From: Pyrococcus furiosus DSM 3638
Lineage (GTDB): Archaea; Methanobacteriota_B; Thermococci; Thermococcales; Thermococcaceae
Direction of reading: 5' to 3'
NCBI RefSeq assembly: GCF_000007305.1
Contig: NC_003413.1
Span: 1,568,141-1,600,140 of the forward strand
DNA length: 32,000 nt
Position numbers and translations under genes: made by a program. This document shows positions 1 to 9,256 of this stretch, piece after piece. Each line of letters starts with the position of its first letter. The first letter of the stretch is position 1. The notes beneath the pieces are model-generated. The model saw nothing but the letters and a program-made list of their open reading frames with translations, was not told the DNA's origin and made no database searches.

Positions 1-378
1 TTTGTTGCATATGAAAGGGAGTTTGACTTTTTTGGAGAGATGATAGTTAATTTAAGAACTCCTCCCGGATATATGCCTCCAAAAGAATGGGACATCATTG
101 ACTTTGTTCCAGCATATGAAGTAAGTAGAACTTCTCCCCTTGTAAGAGCGTTCGTTAGAGCAATAAGGAAAGCAGGTTACAAGCCGAAGCTAAAGAAAAA
201 AACTGGCACAGCCGATACAAATATTCTCGGACCAAAGTATGGAGTGGATGCAATAGCATATGGGCCTGGAGATTCCAAGCTTGACCACACTCCCTACGAA
301 AGGATAAAGCTCAGGGAATACCTAGAAGCTATTGAAATCCTTAAAAACGCAATTCTCGAGCTCAGCTCAAACGATTGA
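1..378 (+). CDS. lysK: C-terminal part of an ArgE/DapE/LysK-family deacylase, probably [LysW]-lysine/ornithine hydrolase (5' end outside window)
   Basis: Frame is open from base 1 (FVAYEREFDFFGEMIVNLRTPPGY...) into the 40-378 ORF; NLRTP...GTADTNILGPKYGVDAIAYGPGDSKLDHTPYE is typical of the M20 peptidase/LysK C-terminus. Confidence 0.75.
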   Translation, partial: FVAYEREFDFFGEMIVNLRTPPGYMPPKEWDIIDFVPAYEVSRTSPLVRAFVRAIRKAGYKPKLKKKTGTADTNILGPKYGVDAIAYGPGDSKLDHTPYERIKLREYLEAIEILKNAILELSSND

Positions 379-406
379 CAAACCGCTACTTTTCTAATTC
401 ATATCT

Positions 407-421
407 TGACAAATTTTGTCA
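407..421. repeat. Perfect inverted repeat TGACAAA-T-TTTGTCA upstream of the aro cluster promoter; candidate operator
   Basis: Read directly: 7-bp arms around a 1-nt centre, about 30 bp upstream of the putative TATA box; a further TTGACAAA lies at about 375-382. Confidence 0.4.
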
Positions 422-445
422 TTTGGATAGGAACAGTTGCCCAAG

Positions 446-456
446 AATTTAAATAC
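446..456 (+). promoter_or_regulatory. Putative archaeal BRE/TATA box for the aro cluster
   Basis: AAGAATTTAAATACTC, about 35-40 bp upstream of the leader ORF start in an otherwise non-coding gap. Confidence 0.55.
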
Positions 457-486
457 TCTTTTTATTTTCTTTGTGGATGGTGATAG

Positions 487-551
487 GGTGATGCCACGCC
501 AATTTACACAGCAAAAGGTGATGCCCCGCCAATGGGTGATGCCCTGCCAAT
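487..551 (+). repeat. Three imperfect direct repeats GGTGATGCC(A/C)(C/T)GCCAAT at 487-503, 517-533 and 535-551; a fourth copy is at 13539-13555
   Basis: Direct reading: ggtgatgccacgccaat, ggtgatgccccgccaat, ggtgatgccctgccaat; starts spaced 30 and 18 nt apart. Confidence 0.9.
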
Positions 552-559
552 ATCAATAG
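491..559 (+). CDS. Candidate leader peptide MPRQFTQQKVMPRQWVMPCQYQ* (Phe/Trp/Tyr)
   Basis: ATG CCA CGC CAA TTT ACA CAG CAA AAG GTG ATG CCC CGC CAA TGG GTG ATG CCC TGC CAA TAT CAA TAG; SD-like GGTGAT at 479-484, 6 nt before the ATG; downstream of a putative TATA box and overlapping the HTH gene start in another frame. Confidence 0.5.
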   Translation: MPRQFTQQKVMPRQWVMPCQYQ

Positions 560-846
560 ATAACGGCGGGGTAGATGTTCTAAGAAAACTACTTCTTAGA
601 GCTTTAAACGAAAATCAGAGGCTTATACTTGAAAGCATAAACGGCAAGCACAGGTCATTGAACGCTCTACTTGAGGAACTTAGCAGAAAGAAAAGGAAAC
701 CACTGTCAACCCTAAAGCTTAATGCAAGAATTCTGAAGGAGCTAGGATTGATAGAATACGGAACAAAGGATGATCCAAAACCCGTTAGATTGACTGAAGA
801 AGGAAAACTTGTTCTGACAATTTTAAGAGGTGATGGAAGTGAGTGA
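532..846 (+). CDS. Small winged helix-turn-helix protein; candidate aromatic pathway transcriptional regulator
   Basis: 104-aa ORF; NENQRLILESINGKHRSLNALLEELSRKKRKPLSTLKLNARILKELGLIEYG...PKPVRLTEEGKLVL resembles an archaeal wHTH. SD GGTGAT at 517-522, 9 nt upstream. Confidence 0.7.
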   Translation: MGDALPISIDNGGVDVLRKLLLRALNENQRLILESINGKHRSLNALLEELSRKKRKPLSTLKLNARILKELGLIEYGTKDDPKPVRLTEEGKLVLTILRGDGSE

Positions 847-1492
847 AGTTCTTACAGTAAAGTTAAAAGAGATGCTAAAGCCTGTTAATGGCTTCCACAT
901 GAACTCCTCCTTAACTTGCCTTAGAATACTCCAAGCAGTTTTAGAACTAAAGAAGGAAGAAGATACGATAATAATAAGCAAGGGACATTCAGCCCCAGCA
1001 TTCTACGTTTTGCTCTGGAAAATGGGACTAATAAGTGACGAAGAACTTATGAGCTTCGCAGAAATTGACGGACTTCCAAGCCACGTAACTAGAGGACTCC
1101 CCTTTATTGAAGTCTCTTCAGGATCACTAGGTCAAGGCCTCTCTGTTGCAAACGGTATAGCACTAGCTAAAAAGATGGACAACAAGAAAGGCAGAATATT
1201 CGTTATTTTAGGAGATGGAGAGCTAGATGAGGGTCAAATATGGGAAGCTGCCATGACAGCAGCTCACCACAACCTTGACAATGTTGTAGCAATTATTGAC
1301 AGAAATTACCACCAGCTTACAGGACATACTGAAGATATACTCGCAAAAGAACCGTTAGCAGAGAAGTGGAAGGCCTTTGGATGGGAGGTTAGGGAAGTTG
1401 AAAATAATGTGGAAAAGCTAAAGGAAACCATAATCGAGCTAGAAAAGATCAATGATAGACCAAAAGTCATAATAGCGAGGTGGAATTGGTGA
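830..1492 (+). CDS. Transketolase, N-terminal (TPP-binding) subunit
   Basis: SKGHSAPAFYVLL, SSGSLGQGLSVANGIALA, GDGELDEGQIWEAAMTAAHHNLDNVVAIIDRN; GTG start. Confidence 0.85.
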   Translation: MMEVSEVLTVKLKEMLKPVNGFHMNSSLTCLRILQAVLELKKEEDTIIISKGHSAPAFYVLLWKMGLISDEELMSFAEIDGLPSHVTRGLPFIEVSSGSLGQGLSVANGIALAKKMDNKKGRIFVILGDGELDEGQIWEAAMTAAHHNLDNVVAIIDRNYHQLTGHTEDILAKEPLAEKWKAFGWEVREVENNVEKLKETIIELEKINDRPKVIIARWNW

Positions 1493-2412
1493 TAGAAAGC
1501 TTCAGAGAAGCTTTCGGAAGAGCACTTGTCGAAATTGGGAAGAAAAGAGAAGAGGTTGTAGTAATTGATGCGGATGTAAAAGGCTCAACAAAGACAATAT
1601 ATTTCGAAAAAGCATTCCCAAAAAGATTTATCCAAGTCGGAATAAGCGAACAAGATATGATAGGAACTGCGGCAGGGCTTGCAATTGCGGGTAAGATACC
1701 AGTAGCCTCTGCATTTGCAGTATTCCTAATGAGGGCCTGGGAACAGATAAGAAATACCGTAGCAAGAGACAACCTAAACGTGAAGATAGTAGGAACCCAT
1801 TCGGGATTTTCAGATTACATGGATGGATCATCCCATCAGTGTCTGGAAGATATCGCCCTTATGAGGGTTTTACCAAACATGAAGGTGGTTGTCCCAGCAG
1901 ACGCATACGCAACAAAAGTGCTGCTCGAGCAGATTATAGACACTTATGGACCAGTATATATGAGGTTGGGAAGAGACTATGCTCCAAGGGTTTACGAGGA
2001 TGGGACAAAGATAAAGCTAGGAAAGGCCAATGTGTTAAGAAAAGGAAAGGAAATACTTCTAGTGGCAGCTGGAACTTTAGTCCATACAGCGTTAAATGTA
2101 GCTAAAATGCTTGAGAAACTGAATGTAGATGCGAGTGTTATTGACATGCATACAATAAAGCCACTTGACGAAAAAACTCTCTTGAACTATGCAAAAAGAG
2201 CTGAATTAGTTATTACCCTTGAAGAACACAGCATTTATGGAGGGCTAGGAGGAGCAGTTGCGGAGGTTTTGAGCGAAAAACTTCCCAGGAGAGTAGTTCG
2301 GATAGGAACAGTAGAGTTTGGACAATCTGGTAGGGATTATCTTGCACTTCTAGACAGGTATGGATTAACACCCGACAAAATCTACCAAAAAATTGTCCAG
2401 GTGGTGATGTAA
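1480..2412 (+). CDS. Transketolase, C-terminal subunit
   Basis: SFREAFGRALVEIG...VVIDADVKGSTKT...FPKRFIQVGISEQDMIGTAAGLA; overlaps the preceding gene. Confidence 0.87.
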   Translation: MELVIESFREAFGRALVEIGKKREEVVVIDADVKGSTKTIYFEKAFPKRFIQVGISEQDMIGTAAGLAIAGKIPVASAFAVFLMRAWEQIRNTVARDNLNVKIVGTHSGFSDYMDGSSHQCLEDIALMRVLPNMKVVVPADAYATKVLLEQIIDTYGPVYMRLGRDYAPRVYEDGTKIKLGKANVLRKGKEILLVAAGTLVHTALNVAKMLEKLNVDASVIDMHTIKPLDEKTLLNYAKRAELVITLEEHSIYGGLGGAVAEVLSEKLPRRVVRIGTVEFGQSGRDYLALLDRYGLTPDKIYQKIVQVVM

Positions 2413-2413
2413 T

Positions 2414-3211
2414 TTGAGCGTTATGAAGTACTCAAAAGAATACAAAGAGAAGACCGTAGTTAAAATCAATGACGTTAAGTTTGGTGAGGGGTTCACAATA
2501 ATCGCAGGGCCATGCTCAATAGAAAGCAGGGATCAAATTATGAAGGTGGCTGAATTTTTGGCAGAAGTTGGAATCAAAGTTTTGCGTGGGGGAGCATTTA
2601 AACCAAGGACTTCCCCCTATTCCTTCCAAGGGTATGGAGAAAAGGCCCTAAGGTGGATGAGAGAGGCCGCTGATGAATACGGATTAGTAACTGTAACTGA
2701 AGTTATGGACACAAGGCATGTCGAACTCGTGGCAAAATACTCAGACATCCTCCAGATAGGAGCCAGAAATTCCCAGAACTTTGAACTCTTAAAGGAGGTT
2801 GGTAAGGTGGAAAATCCAGTTCTGCTAAAAAGAGGCATGGGGAACACAATACAAGAGCTGCTATACTCGGCCGAATACATTATGGCGCAAGGAAACGAGA
2901 ACGTAATATTATGTGAAAGAGGTATAAGGACTTTTGAAACAGCTACGAGATTTACACTTGATATTTCTGCAGTCCCAGTGGTGAAGGAACTTTCTCACCT
3001 ACCAATTATTGTAGACCCCTCCCACCCAGCAGGAAGGAGAAGCCTAGTAATTCCACTAGCCAAGGCTGCATATGCCATTGGAGCAGATGGTATTATGGTT
3101 GAAGTTCATCCAGAACCAGAAAAGGCACTCTCAGATTCCCAGCAACAACTAACGTTTGATGACTTCTTACAACTACTAAAAGAGCTGGAGGCCCTGGGAT
3201 GGAAGGGATAA
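2414..3211 (+). CDS. aroF: 3-deoxy-7-phosphoheptulonate (DAHP) synthase, AroAbeta/KDOPS-like type
   Basis: [66 protein letters not shown]; TTG start at 2414 or ATG at 2423. Confidence 0.93.
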   Translation: MSVMKYSKEYKEKTVVKINDVKFGEGFTIIAGPCSIESRDQIMKVAEFLAEVGIKVLRGGAFKPRTSPYSFQGYGEKALRWMREAADEYGLVTVTEVMDTRHVELVAKYSDILQIGARNSQNFELLKEVGKVENPVLLKRGMGNTIQELLYSAEYIMAQGNENVILCERGIRTFETATRFTLDISAVPVVKELSHLPIIVDPSHPAGRRSLVIPLAKAAYAIGADGIMVEVHPEPEKALSDSQQQLTFDDFLQLLKELEALGWKG

Positions 3212-4206
3212 TTTTTGGAGATCTTTCAACACTTCCCGATTTGCTTTCTTCTCTTTCTCCCTACAAGGTAGTAGTTCTAACTAACACAACTCTAAAGGAA
3301 TTATGGCTCGAAGAAGTTCTAACGTGGTTAAAAGAGTTCAAACCCCAGACAATCGTTGTTCCAGATGGGGAAAAATACAAAGATTTAGATACAGTTAGAT
3401 ATATTTGGGAAAAATTACTAGAAATGGGATTTACACGAAGATCACTCCTAATAGGGTTAGGTGGAGGGGTTATAACAGACATTGCTGGTTTTGTTGCCTC
3501 AACATATATGAGAGGAACATACCTAGGTCTCGTTCCCACAACACTTCTAGCCCAAGTTGATGCAGCTATTGGGGGAAAAACTGGCATAAATTTCTACGGG
3601 AAGAATATAATTGGAACATTTTACCTTCCGAAATTCGTGCTAATTTGTAGGGACTTTCTCAAGACCCTCCCAATGGTGGAAATTCTTAATGGGTTAGCTG
3701 AAGTTGTGAAGTATGGAATACTAGACAAAGAAGTCTACAATGCAATTAAAACAATGAACTCTCCCAGGGAAATTGTAGAAAGGGAGGATATAATAAAGAA
3801 ATCTGTAGCGGTAAAACTGAGAATCGTAGAGGAAGATTTAAAGGAAAACGGAAAGAGGAGAGTTCTAAACTTGGGTCACACAGTAGGACATGCCATAGAG
3901 AAAATTTCTGACTACAAAATAAAACACGGCTTCGCAGTTTCAATGGGATTAGTTGTGGAAGCAAAAATTGGAGAAATATTGTATGGCTTTGATTCAGGGA
4001 AAGTTGTTGAGATACTAACTAAATTTGGTTTGCCTGTAAAAATACCCTTTGATCCATACACAACTCTTCAAGCCATGAAAATCGACAAAAAGGCTTGGTA
4101 CGGAAAGATAGTTATTGTTGTTCCGGTTGAGATTGGAAAAGCCAATATTGAGGAGGTAGATGAAAAGATAATTCTACAAGCGCTGGAGGAAGCTAAAAAT
4201 GCCTAA
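3199..4206 (+). CDS. aroB: 3-dehydroquinate synthase
   Basis: [67 protein letters not shown]. Confidence 0.95.
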
Positions 4207-4852
4207 ATTGGCCGGAGTTATAATAGCTAAAACCATTGAAGAAGCTGTAAAAAAGATAAAGCTACATGAAGCCGACCTTTATGAGCTTAGAGTAGATTAC
4301 CTGGAGAGCATGGAGAACATTGAACTCCTCTTACCTCATTCAAACAAGCTGATAGTGACCGTGAGGAAAGTAGAAGAGGGAGGAGCAAAACGCATTGAAG
4401 AACAAGAAAGGTTAAAATTATTTGAGAAGTTTGCAAAAATTAAACCTGCATATTTCGATGTTGAACTTTACTCAAATATCGTGGAGGATGTAATAAACCT
4501 CTCCTCAAAAATAGGGAGCAAAGTAATCCTATCATACCATAACTTTTCTAAAACTCCTTCATACCAAACTCTCCAATCAATTTTGGATTCGATGATAGAG
4601 CTTGAACCAGATATAATAAAAATCGTGACCTATGCGAGGGATTTTCGAGACAACATAGAGGTGATCAAACTCTACGAGAACAGCGAAAATCTAATTGCGT
4701 TTTGCATGGGCGAGAAGGGAAAAATTTCAAGAATATTTAGCGCCCTCTACTCTCCTTTTACGTATGTTAGCATTGACAATAGCGTAGCTCCTGGACAATT
4801 TACAGTTGGAGAGATGAGAAAAATCCTAGAATTGCTAGGTGAGACAAAATGA
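4199..4852 (+). CDS. aroD: 3-dehydroquinate dehydratase, type I
   Basis: [45 protein letters not shown]; position between aroB and aroE. Confidence 0.93.
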
Positions 4853-5664
4853 TAAACGGAGAAACAAAAATTTATGGAATAATTGGCAATCCAGTAAAAC
4901 ACTCCTTGAGCCCAATAATGCACAACGCCCTATTCAAAAAATTTGGAATAAATGCCATTTACGTCCCATTCGAAGTGAAAAAAGATCTAAAGAATGCAAT
5001 AAACGGTGTTAAGGCACTTGACATTCAGGGAGTAAACGTTACAATGCCCTACAAAGAAGAAGTTATAAAATTCCTTGATGAGCTCTCCGAAGACTCTCAA
5101 AATATAGGAAGCGTAAACACTGTTGTGAACCTTGAAGGAAAGCTAGTGGGGTATACAACGGATGGAATAGGAGCCAGAAGAGCATTGGAGCGATTTACTC
5201 AGGTAGATGGGGCCAACATTTTAATTCTAGGAGCAGGAGGTGCTGGAAAAGCAATTGCATATGAACTCTCAAAAGTTGCAAATGTCGTAGTCTTAAACAG
5301 AACCATAGAGAAAGCCAAGAGGTTAGAAAAGTTTGGAATAGTGGGAGACTCCCTAGAAGCCCTCCCATATTATGTCGAGTGGGCAGATATACTGATTAAT
5401 GCAACCTCAGTTGGAATGAATGAAGAAAAAAGTCTAGTACCAAAGAATCTCCTAAGACCTGGGCTAGTTGTTATGGATATAGTCTACAAACCACTAAACA
5501 CCCTACTTCTTAGATATGCTCAGGAAAAGGGATGTATAGCTATTGATGGACTTTGGATGCTAGTCTATCAAGGAGCAGAGAGTTTTAGACTTTGGACTGG
5601 AGAGGAGGGAGACGTAGAACTTATGAGGAGGGTCGCCCTTGCGTGGCTTAGGGAAAGGAAGTAG
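4849..5664 (+). CDS. aroE: Shikimate dehydrogenase
   Basis: [61 protein letters not shown]. Confidence 0.95.
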
Positions 5665-6460
5665 TGCAATAACTGTCGTTAATGCTTTTGCAACTGGAAA
5701 AGGCGGAGCTATTGGAATAGACCTATGGACTGAGGCCAAGGTAAAGATAACAGACGGAGAAGTTAAAGGGAAAATTCTTGTAAACGGGTTAGAATTCAAC
5801 GATTTTAGAGTAGTAAATGCCGTTTTGGATGTAATGAGGAGGTATTCTGGGATAGAATTTGGAATAGAGTTCGAGATAAACTCTGAAATACCCGTAGGAA
5901 AAGGTCTAAAAAGTAGCTCTGCCGTAGCAAATGCTCTTGTAGAAGCAATAGCAAGGGCTCTTCGCTTAAATATTCCCGGAATAAAGGTCGTAAAGCTTGG
6001 AGTTGAGGCAGCGAAAAAAGCAGGGGTAACATTGACGGGAGCTTTTGACGATGCTTGTGCCTCTTATTTTGGAGGTTTGTGCCTAACAGATAATCTAAGA
6101 GTTGAACTACTTAAGAGAATTGAAATTGATGAGTTGCCAGTGGTAATTTTAGTTCCAAATGAGACAGTTCTTACAGAAGAGCTGAAAGGGGTAGATTTCC
6201 TAAAAATAGCCCCCTATGTTGAGGAAGCATTCAAGCTTGCAATTAAAGGGGAATGGAAAAAGGCACTTGTTTTAAACGGATTGATATACTCAACATTTCT
6301 AAGCTATCCTCCTGAACCCATATCCAAAGCCTTACATCTTGGAGCTGTAGTGGGGTTAAGTGGAAAAGGACCAAGTGTATTTGCAATTACAGATGAACCG
6401 GAGAGGATAGAAGAAGTTTGGAGAGAATTTGGAGATGTTATAATTACTTCAACAAGATAA
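5639..6460 (+). CDS. aroK: Archaeal shikimate kinase (GHMP kinase family)
   Basis: [62 protein letters not shown]; TTG start at 5639. Confidence 0.92.
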   Translation: MRGLGKGSSAITVVNAFATGKGGAIGIDLWTEAKVKITDGEVKGKILVNGLEFNDFRVVNAVLDVMRRYSGIEFGIEFEINSEIPVGKGLKSSSAVANALVEAIARALRLNIPGIKVVKLGVEAAKKAGVTLTGAFDDACASYFGGLCLTDNLRVELLKRIEIDELPVVILVPNETVLTEELKGVDFLKIAPYVEEAFKLAIKGEWKKALVLNGLIYSTFLSYPPEPISKALHLGAVVGLSGKGPSVFAITDEPERIEEVWREFGDVIITSTR

Positions 6461-6509
6461 GACGAAAAAGATAAATCCTGAAACATGATTTATTTTTGGT
6501 GATACTAAG

Positions 6510-7706
6510 ATGAGAAAGGTAGGAATTACACTTTCTGTAGTTGCTCTAGTAATAATGGGATTTGTAGCAGGATGTATTGGTGGTACTCAAACCCAGGGAG
6601 AAAAAGTAAAGGTAGCAGTTCTCTTTGACGTTGGAGGGAGGGGAGATTTAAGCTTCAATGATATGGCATACTTAGGAGCAGAAAGGGCAAAGAAAGAACT
6701 TGGAGTAGAAGTTGAATACATGACTCCAAAGTCTCGTGAAGATATGGTACCTTTACTAAAGCAACTGGCTGAAAGCAAGGAATATGACCTCCTAGTTCTA
6801 ATTGGGTTCCTTTGGACTACTCCATTAGATCAAGTAGCAGATCAATATCCAGATCAAAAGTTTGCCCTCATAGACTCAACTACTGGAAAAGTTAGGGAGA
6901 ATGAAGTAGATATTCTCTTTAGAGAACAAGAAGCTGCAGCACTCATAGGCGTGATAGCCTCTGGAATGGCCTATGAACTTGGTGGCGATACCATAGGTGC
7001 TGTAGCTGGAATGGACATTCCACCACTTTGGAAATTCCACATAGGCTACCTCTATGGAGCAAAGTATTTTGAGAAGAAGACTGGGAAGCCCGTGAAGTTG
7101 CTCTGGCAGTACACTGGAACATTTACAGATACACAAGTTGGATACACTACTGGAATGCAACTGTTGCAACAGGGTGCCAAAGTTCTCTATGGCCTAGCAG
7201 GTCTAACTCACGTTGGAATGTTTGACGCAGTAATCGACTGGAATAAGCAAGGAAAGGGCAAAGCACTTGCTATTGGTCAAGACGCAAGTCAAGAGTGGTA
7301 TGCACCAGAGTATATCCCAATTAGCGGAGCTAAGAGAGTTGACGTTGCTGTTTATACGGCCATTGAAATGGTTGTCAAAAATCAATGGAAAGGAGGAATA
7401 ATGACCCTCGGTCTCAAAGAGGGAGGCGTTGGCTACTGGAATTTGGATGGAGTTAGGCAATTTGCAGAATTTGCCCAGGAGGGTGGAAAACTAAAAGACA
7501 TGACCCCAGAAGATGTTGTTAGAATAGTAAAAGAGCAGAGAGAGAAGTACATAAAGCCAGAAGTTTGGGAGATCGTGCGTGAGCTTGAGGAGAAGATAAA
7601 GAATGGAGAGATAAAGTTCAAGACACCACAGAGCCACGACGAATATGAGCAGATAATTAAGGAGTTAGAGAAAGGTAACTTAGATGCCGCCCTCGAAAAA
7701 GAGTAA
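6510..7706 (+). CDS. BMP family (Med/PnrA-like) substrate-binding lipoprotein of an ABC transporter
   Basis: Signal peptide with lipobox (FVAGCIGG); KVAVLFDVGGRGDLSFNDMAYLGAERA; followed by a matching ATPase and two permeases. Confidence 0.88.
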   Translation: MRKVGITLSVVALVIMGFVAGCIGGTQTQGEKVKVAVLFDVGGRGDLSFNDMAYLGAERAKKELGVEVEYMTPKSREDMVPLLKQLAESKEYDLLVLIGFLWTTPLDQVADQYPDQKFALIDSTTGKVRENEVDILFREQEAAALIGVIASGMAYELGGDTIGAVAGMDIPPLWKFHIGYLYGAKYFEKKTGKPVKLLWQYTGTFTDTQVGYTTGMQLLQQGAKVLYGLAGLTHVGMFDAVIDWNKQGKGKALAIGQDASQEWYAPEYIPISGAKRVDVAVYTAIEMVVKNQWKGGIMTLGLKEGGVGYWNLDGVRQFAEFAQEGGKLKDMTPEDVVRIVKEQREKYIKPEVWEIVRELEEKIKNGEIKFKTPQSHDEYEQIIKELEKGNLDAALEKE

Positions 7707-7750
7707 CTTTTTATTACCCCTTTCTCTTCTTTTTTCAGGTGTGCCAAGTT

Positions 7751-9256
7751 ATGAATGCAATTGAGATGGAGAATATAGTAAAGGTTTATCCAGATGGAGT
7801 TGTAGCCCTCAAGGGAGTCGACTTTAAAGTAGAAGCTGGGGAAATTCATGGTCTTCTTGGCGAGAACGGAGCTGGAAAAACAACGCTAATGAGGATCCTC
7901 TATGGGGAGATAAAGCCAACAAAGGGAAAAATAAGAGTTTTTGGAAAAGAAGTAAAATTTTCTGGGCCCTGGGACGCAATAAGATCAGGTATAGGAATGG
8001 TTTACCAGCACTTTACATTGGTCCCAACTTTTACTGTTCTTGAAAACCTTTACCTTGCCTTACTTCCATTAAATCCAAAAATTACCCTAAAAGAAGTCAA
8101 AAAACTTGCAAAAGAAAAGATGAAAGAAACTGGGCTCAAAATCCCCCTTGATGAAATAGTAGAGGATCTTCCTATTGGAATTCAGCAGAGAGTTGAGATA
8201 ACTAAGGCACTCATGCAAAATGCTAAGATTTTGATACTAGATGAGCCAACATCAGTATTAACTCCAATTGAAGTTAGAGAACTCTTCAAGACACTTAGAA
8301 AGCTCAAAGAAAAGGGAATTACAATAGTGTTCATTACCCACAAACTGAAGGAGGTAAAGGAGATAACTGATAGAGTCACCGTAATGCGAAGGGGAGAGGT
8401 AATTGGAACAGTGAAGACGAGTGAAGTTTCGGAAAAGGAGCTAGCAAAAATGATGGTGCAAAGGGACGTTGTAATGAAAATTGAGAAAATGCCCAAGGAG
8501 CCAGGAAAAACAGTGCTTAAGGTAGAGAATCTTTGGGTAAAGGACGATAGAGGATTAGATGCAGTAAAGGGAATATCACTAGAGATAAGGGAAGGAGAAA
8601 TACTCGGAATTGCAGGAGTTCAAGGAAATGGACAGAGAGAATTGGCTGAGACACTTGCAGGAGTTAGAAAACCAGAAAAAGGTAAAATTATCTTTGATAA
8701 AAAAGATATTACAAAAACAGGAGCACTTGAAAGATATAAGATGGGAATTGCATACGTTCCCGATTCCAGAAAAGTAGGATTAGTGGAAGAGATGAACATA
8801 GTAGAAAACACCATTCTCACAAATTTATTTGAAGTAGTTAAATCCGGAAGAATTTCTTGGGACAAGGGAAGAAAAATGGCAAAAGATATTGTAGAGAGGT
8901 TTGAAGTCATTACTCCATCCTTAGCTGCCAAAGTAAAACACTTGAGTGGAGGGAACCAACAAAAAATAATGGTTGGAAGAGAGATAATCAGAGAACCAAA
9001 GGTCTTCATAGTTGCAGAGCCAACTCAAGGGTTGGATATAGGAGCAACGGAATTCATAAGAAAAACATTACTGAATCTTAGAGATCAAGGAAAGGGAATT
9101 CTCCTAATTTCAACAGATCTAGATGAGATTCTTCAATTAAGTGATAGAATTGCCGTGATATATGAGGGTCAAATTATGGCAGTTGGAAAACCTGAAGAGT
9201 TCACCCTTGAGAAGCTAGGACTGCTAATGGGTGGTGTGCATGCTGAAAGTGAATGA
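7751..9256 (+). CDS. ABC transporter ATP-binding protein with two fused ATPase domains (nucleoside/BMP type)
   Basis: GLLGENGAGKTTLMRIL, VYQHFTLVPTFTVLENL, ILILDEPTSVLTP; second domain LSGGNQQKIMVGREI..VAEPTQGLD. ORF opens at 7739 but ATG 7751 is more likely. Confidence 0.92.
   Translation: MNAIEMENIVKVYPDGVVALKGVDFKVEAGEIHGLLGENGAGKTTLMRILYGEIKPTKGKIRVFGKEVKFSGPWDAIRSGIGMVYQHFTLVPTFTVLENLYLALLPLNPKITLKEVKKLAKEKMKETGLKIPLDEIVEDLPIGIQQRVEITKALMQNAKILILDEPTSVLTPIEVRELFKTLRKLKEKGITIVFITHKLKEVKEITDRVTVMRRGEVIGTVKTSEVSEKELAKMMVQRDVVMKIEKMPKEPGKTVLKVENLWVKDDRGLDAVKGISLEIREGEILGIAGVQGNGQRELAETLAGVRKPEKGKIIFDKKDITKTGALERYKMGIAYVPDSRKVGLVEEMNIVENTILTNLFEVVKSGRISWDKGRKMAKDIVERFEVITPSLAAKVKHLSGGNQQKIMVGREIIREPKVFIVAEPTQGLDIGATEFIRKTLLNLRDQGKGILLISTDLDEILQLSDRIAVIYEGQIMAVGKPEEFTLEKLGLLMGGVHAESE

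Noticed and set aside
487-551. Three spaced repeats considered as a CRISPR-like array
   Set aside because: Copies are only 17 nt, spacing is irregular (13-nt and 1-nt gaps), and they lie in a gene leader with SD and start codons.
1628-2105. Alternative-frame plus-strand ORFs (1628-1831, 1839-2105) inside the transketolase C-subunit
   Set aside because: Contained in a gene with clear family motifs; no independent evidence.
7707-7750. T-rich tract between BMP lipoprotein and ATPase genes considered as a terminator with a separate operon start
   Set aside because: TTTTTATTACCCCTTTCTCTTCTTTTTT may reduce read-through, but I see no convincing new promoter before 7751; left uncalled.
8620-9009. 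Minus-strand ORF of 129 aa
   Set aside because: Fully antisense to the ABC ATPase gene with clear domain motifs; no RBS or recognisable domain.
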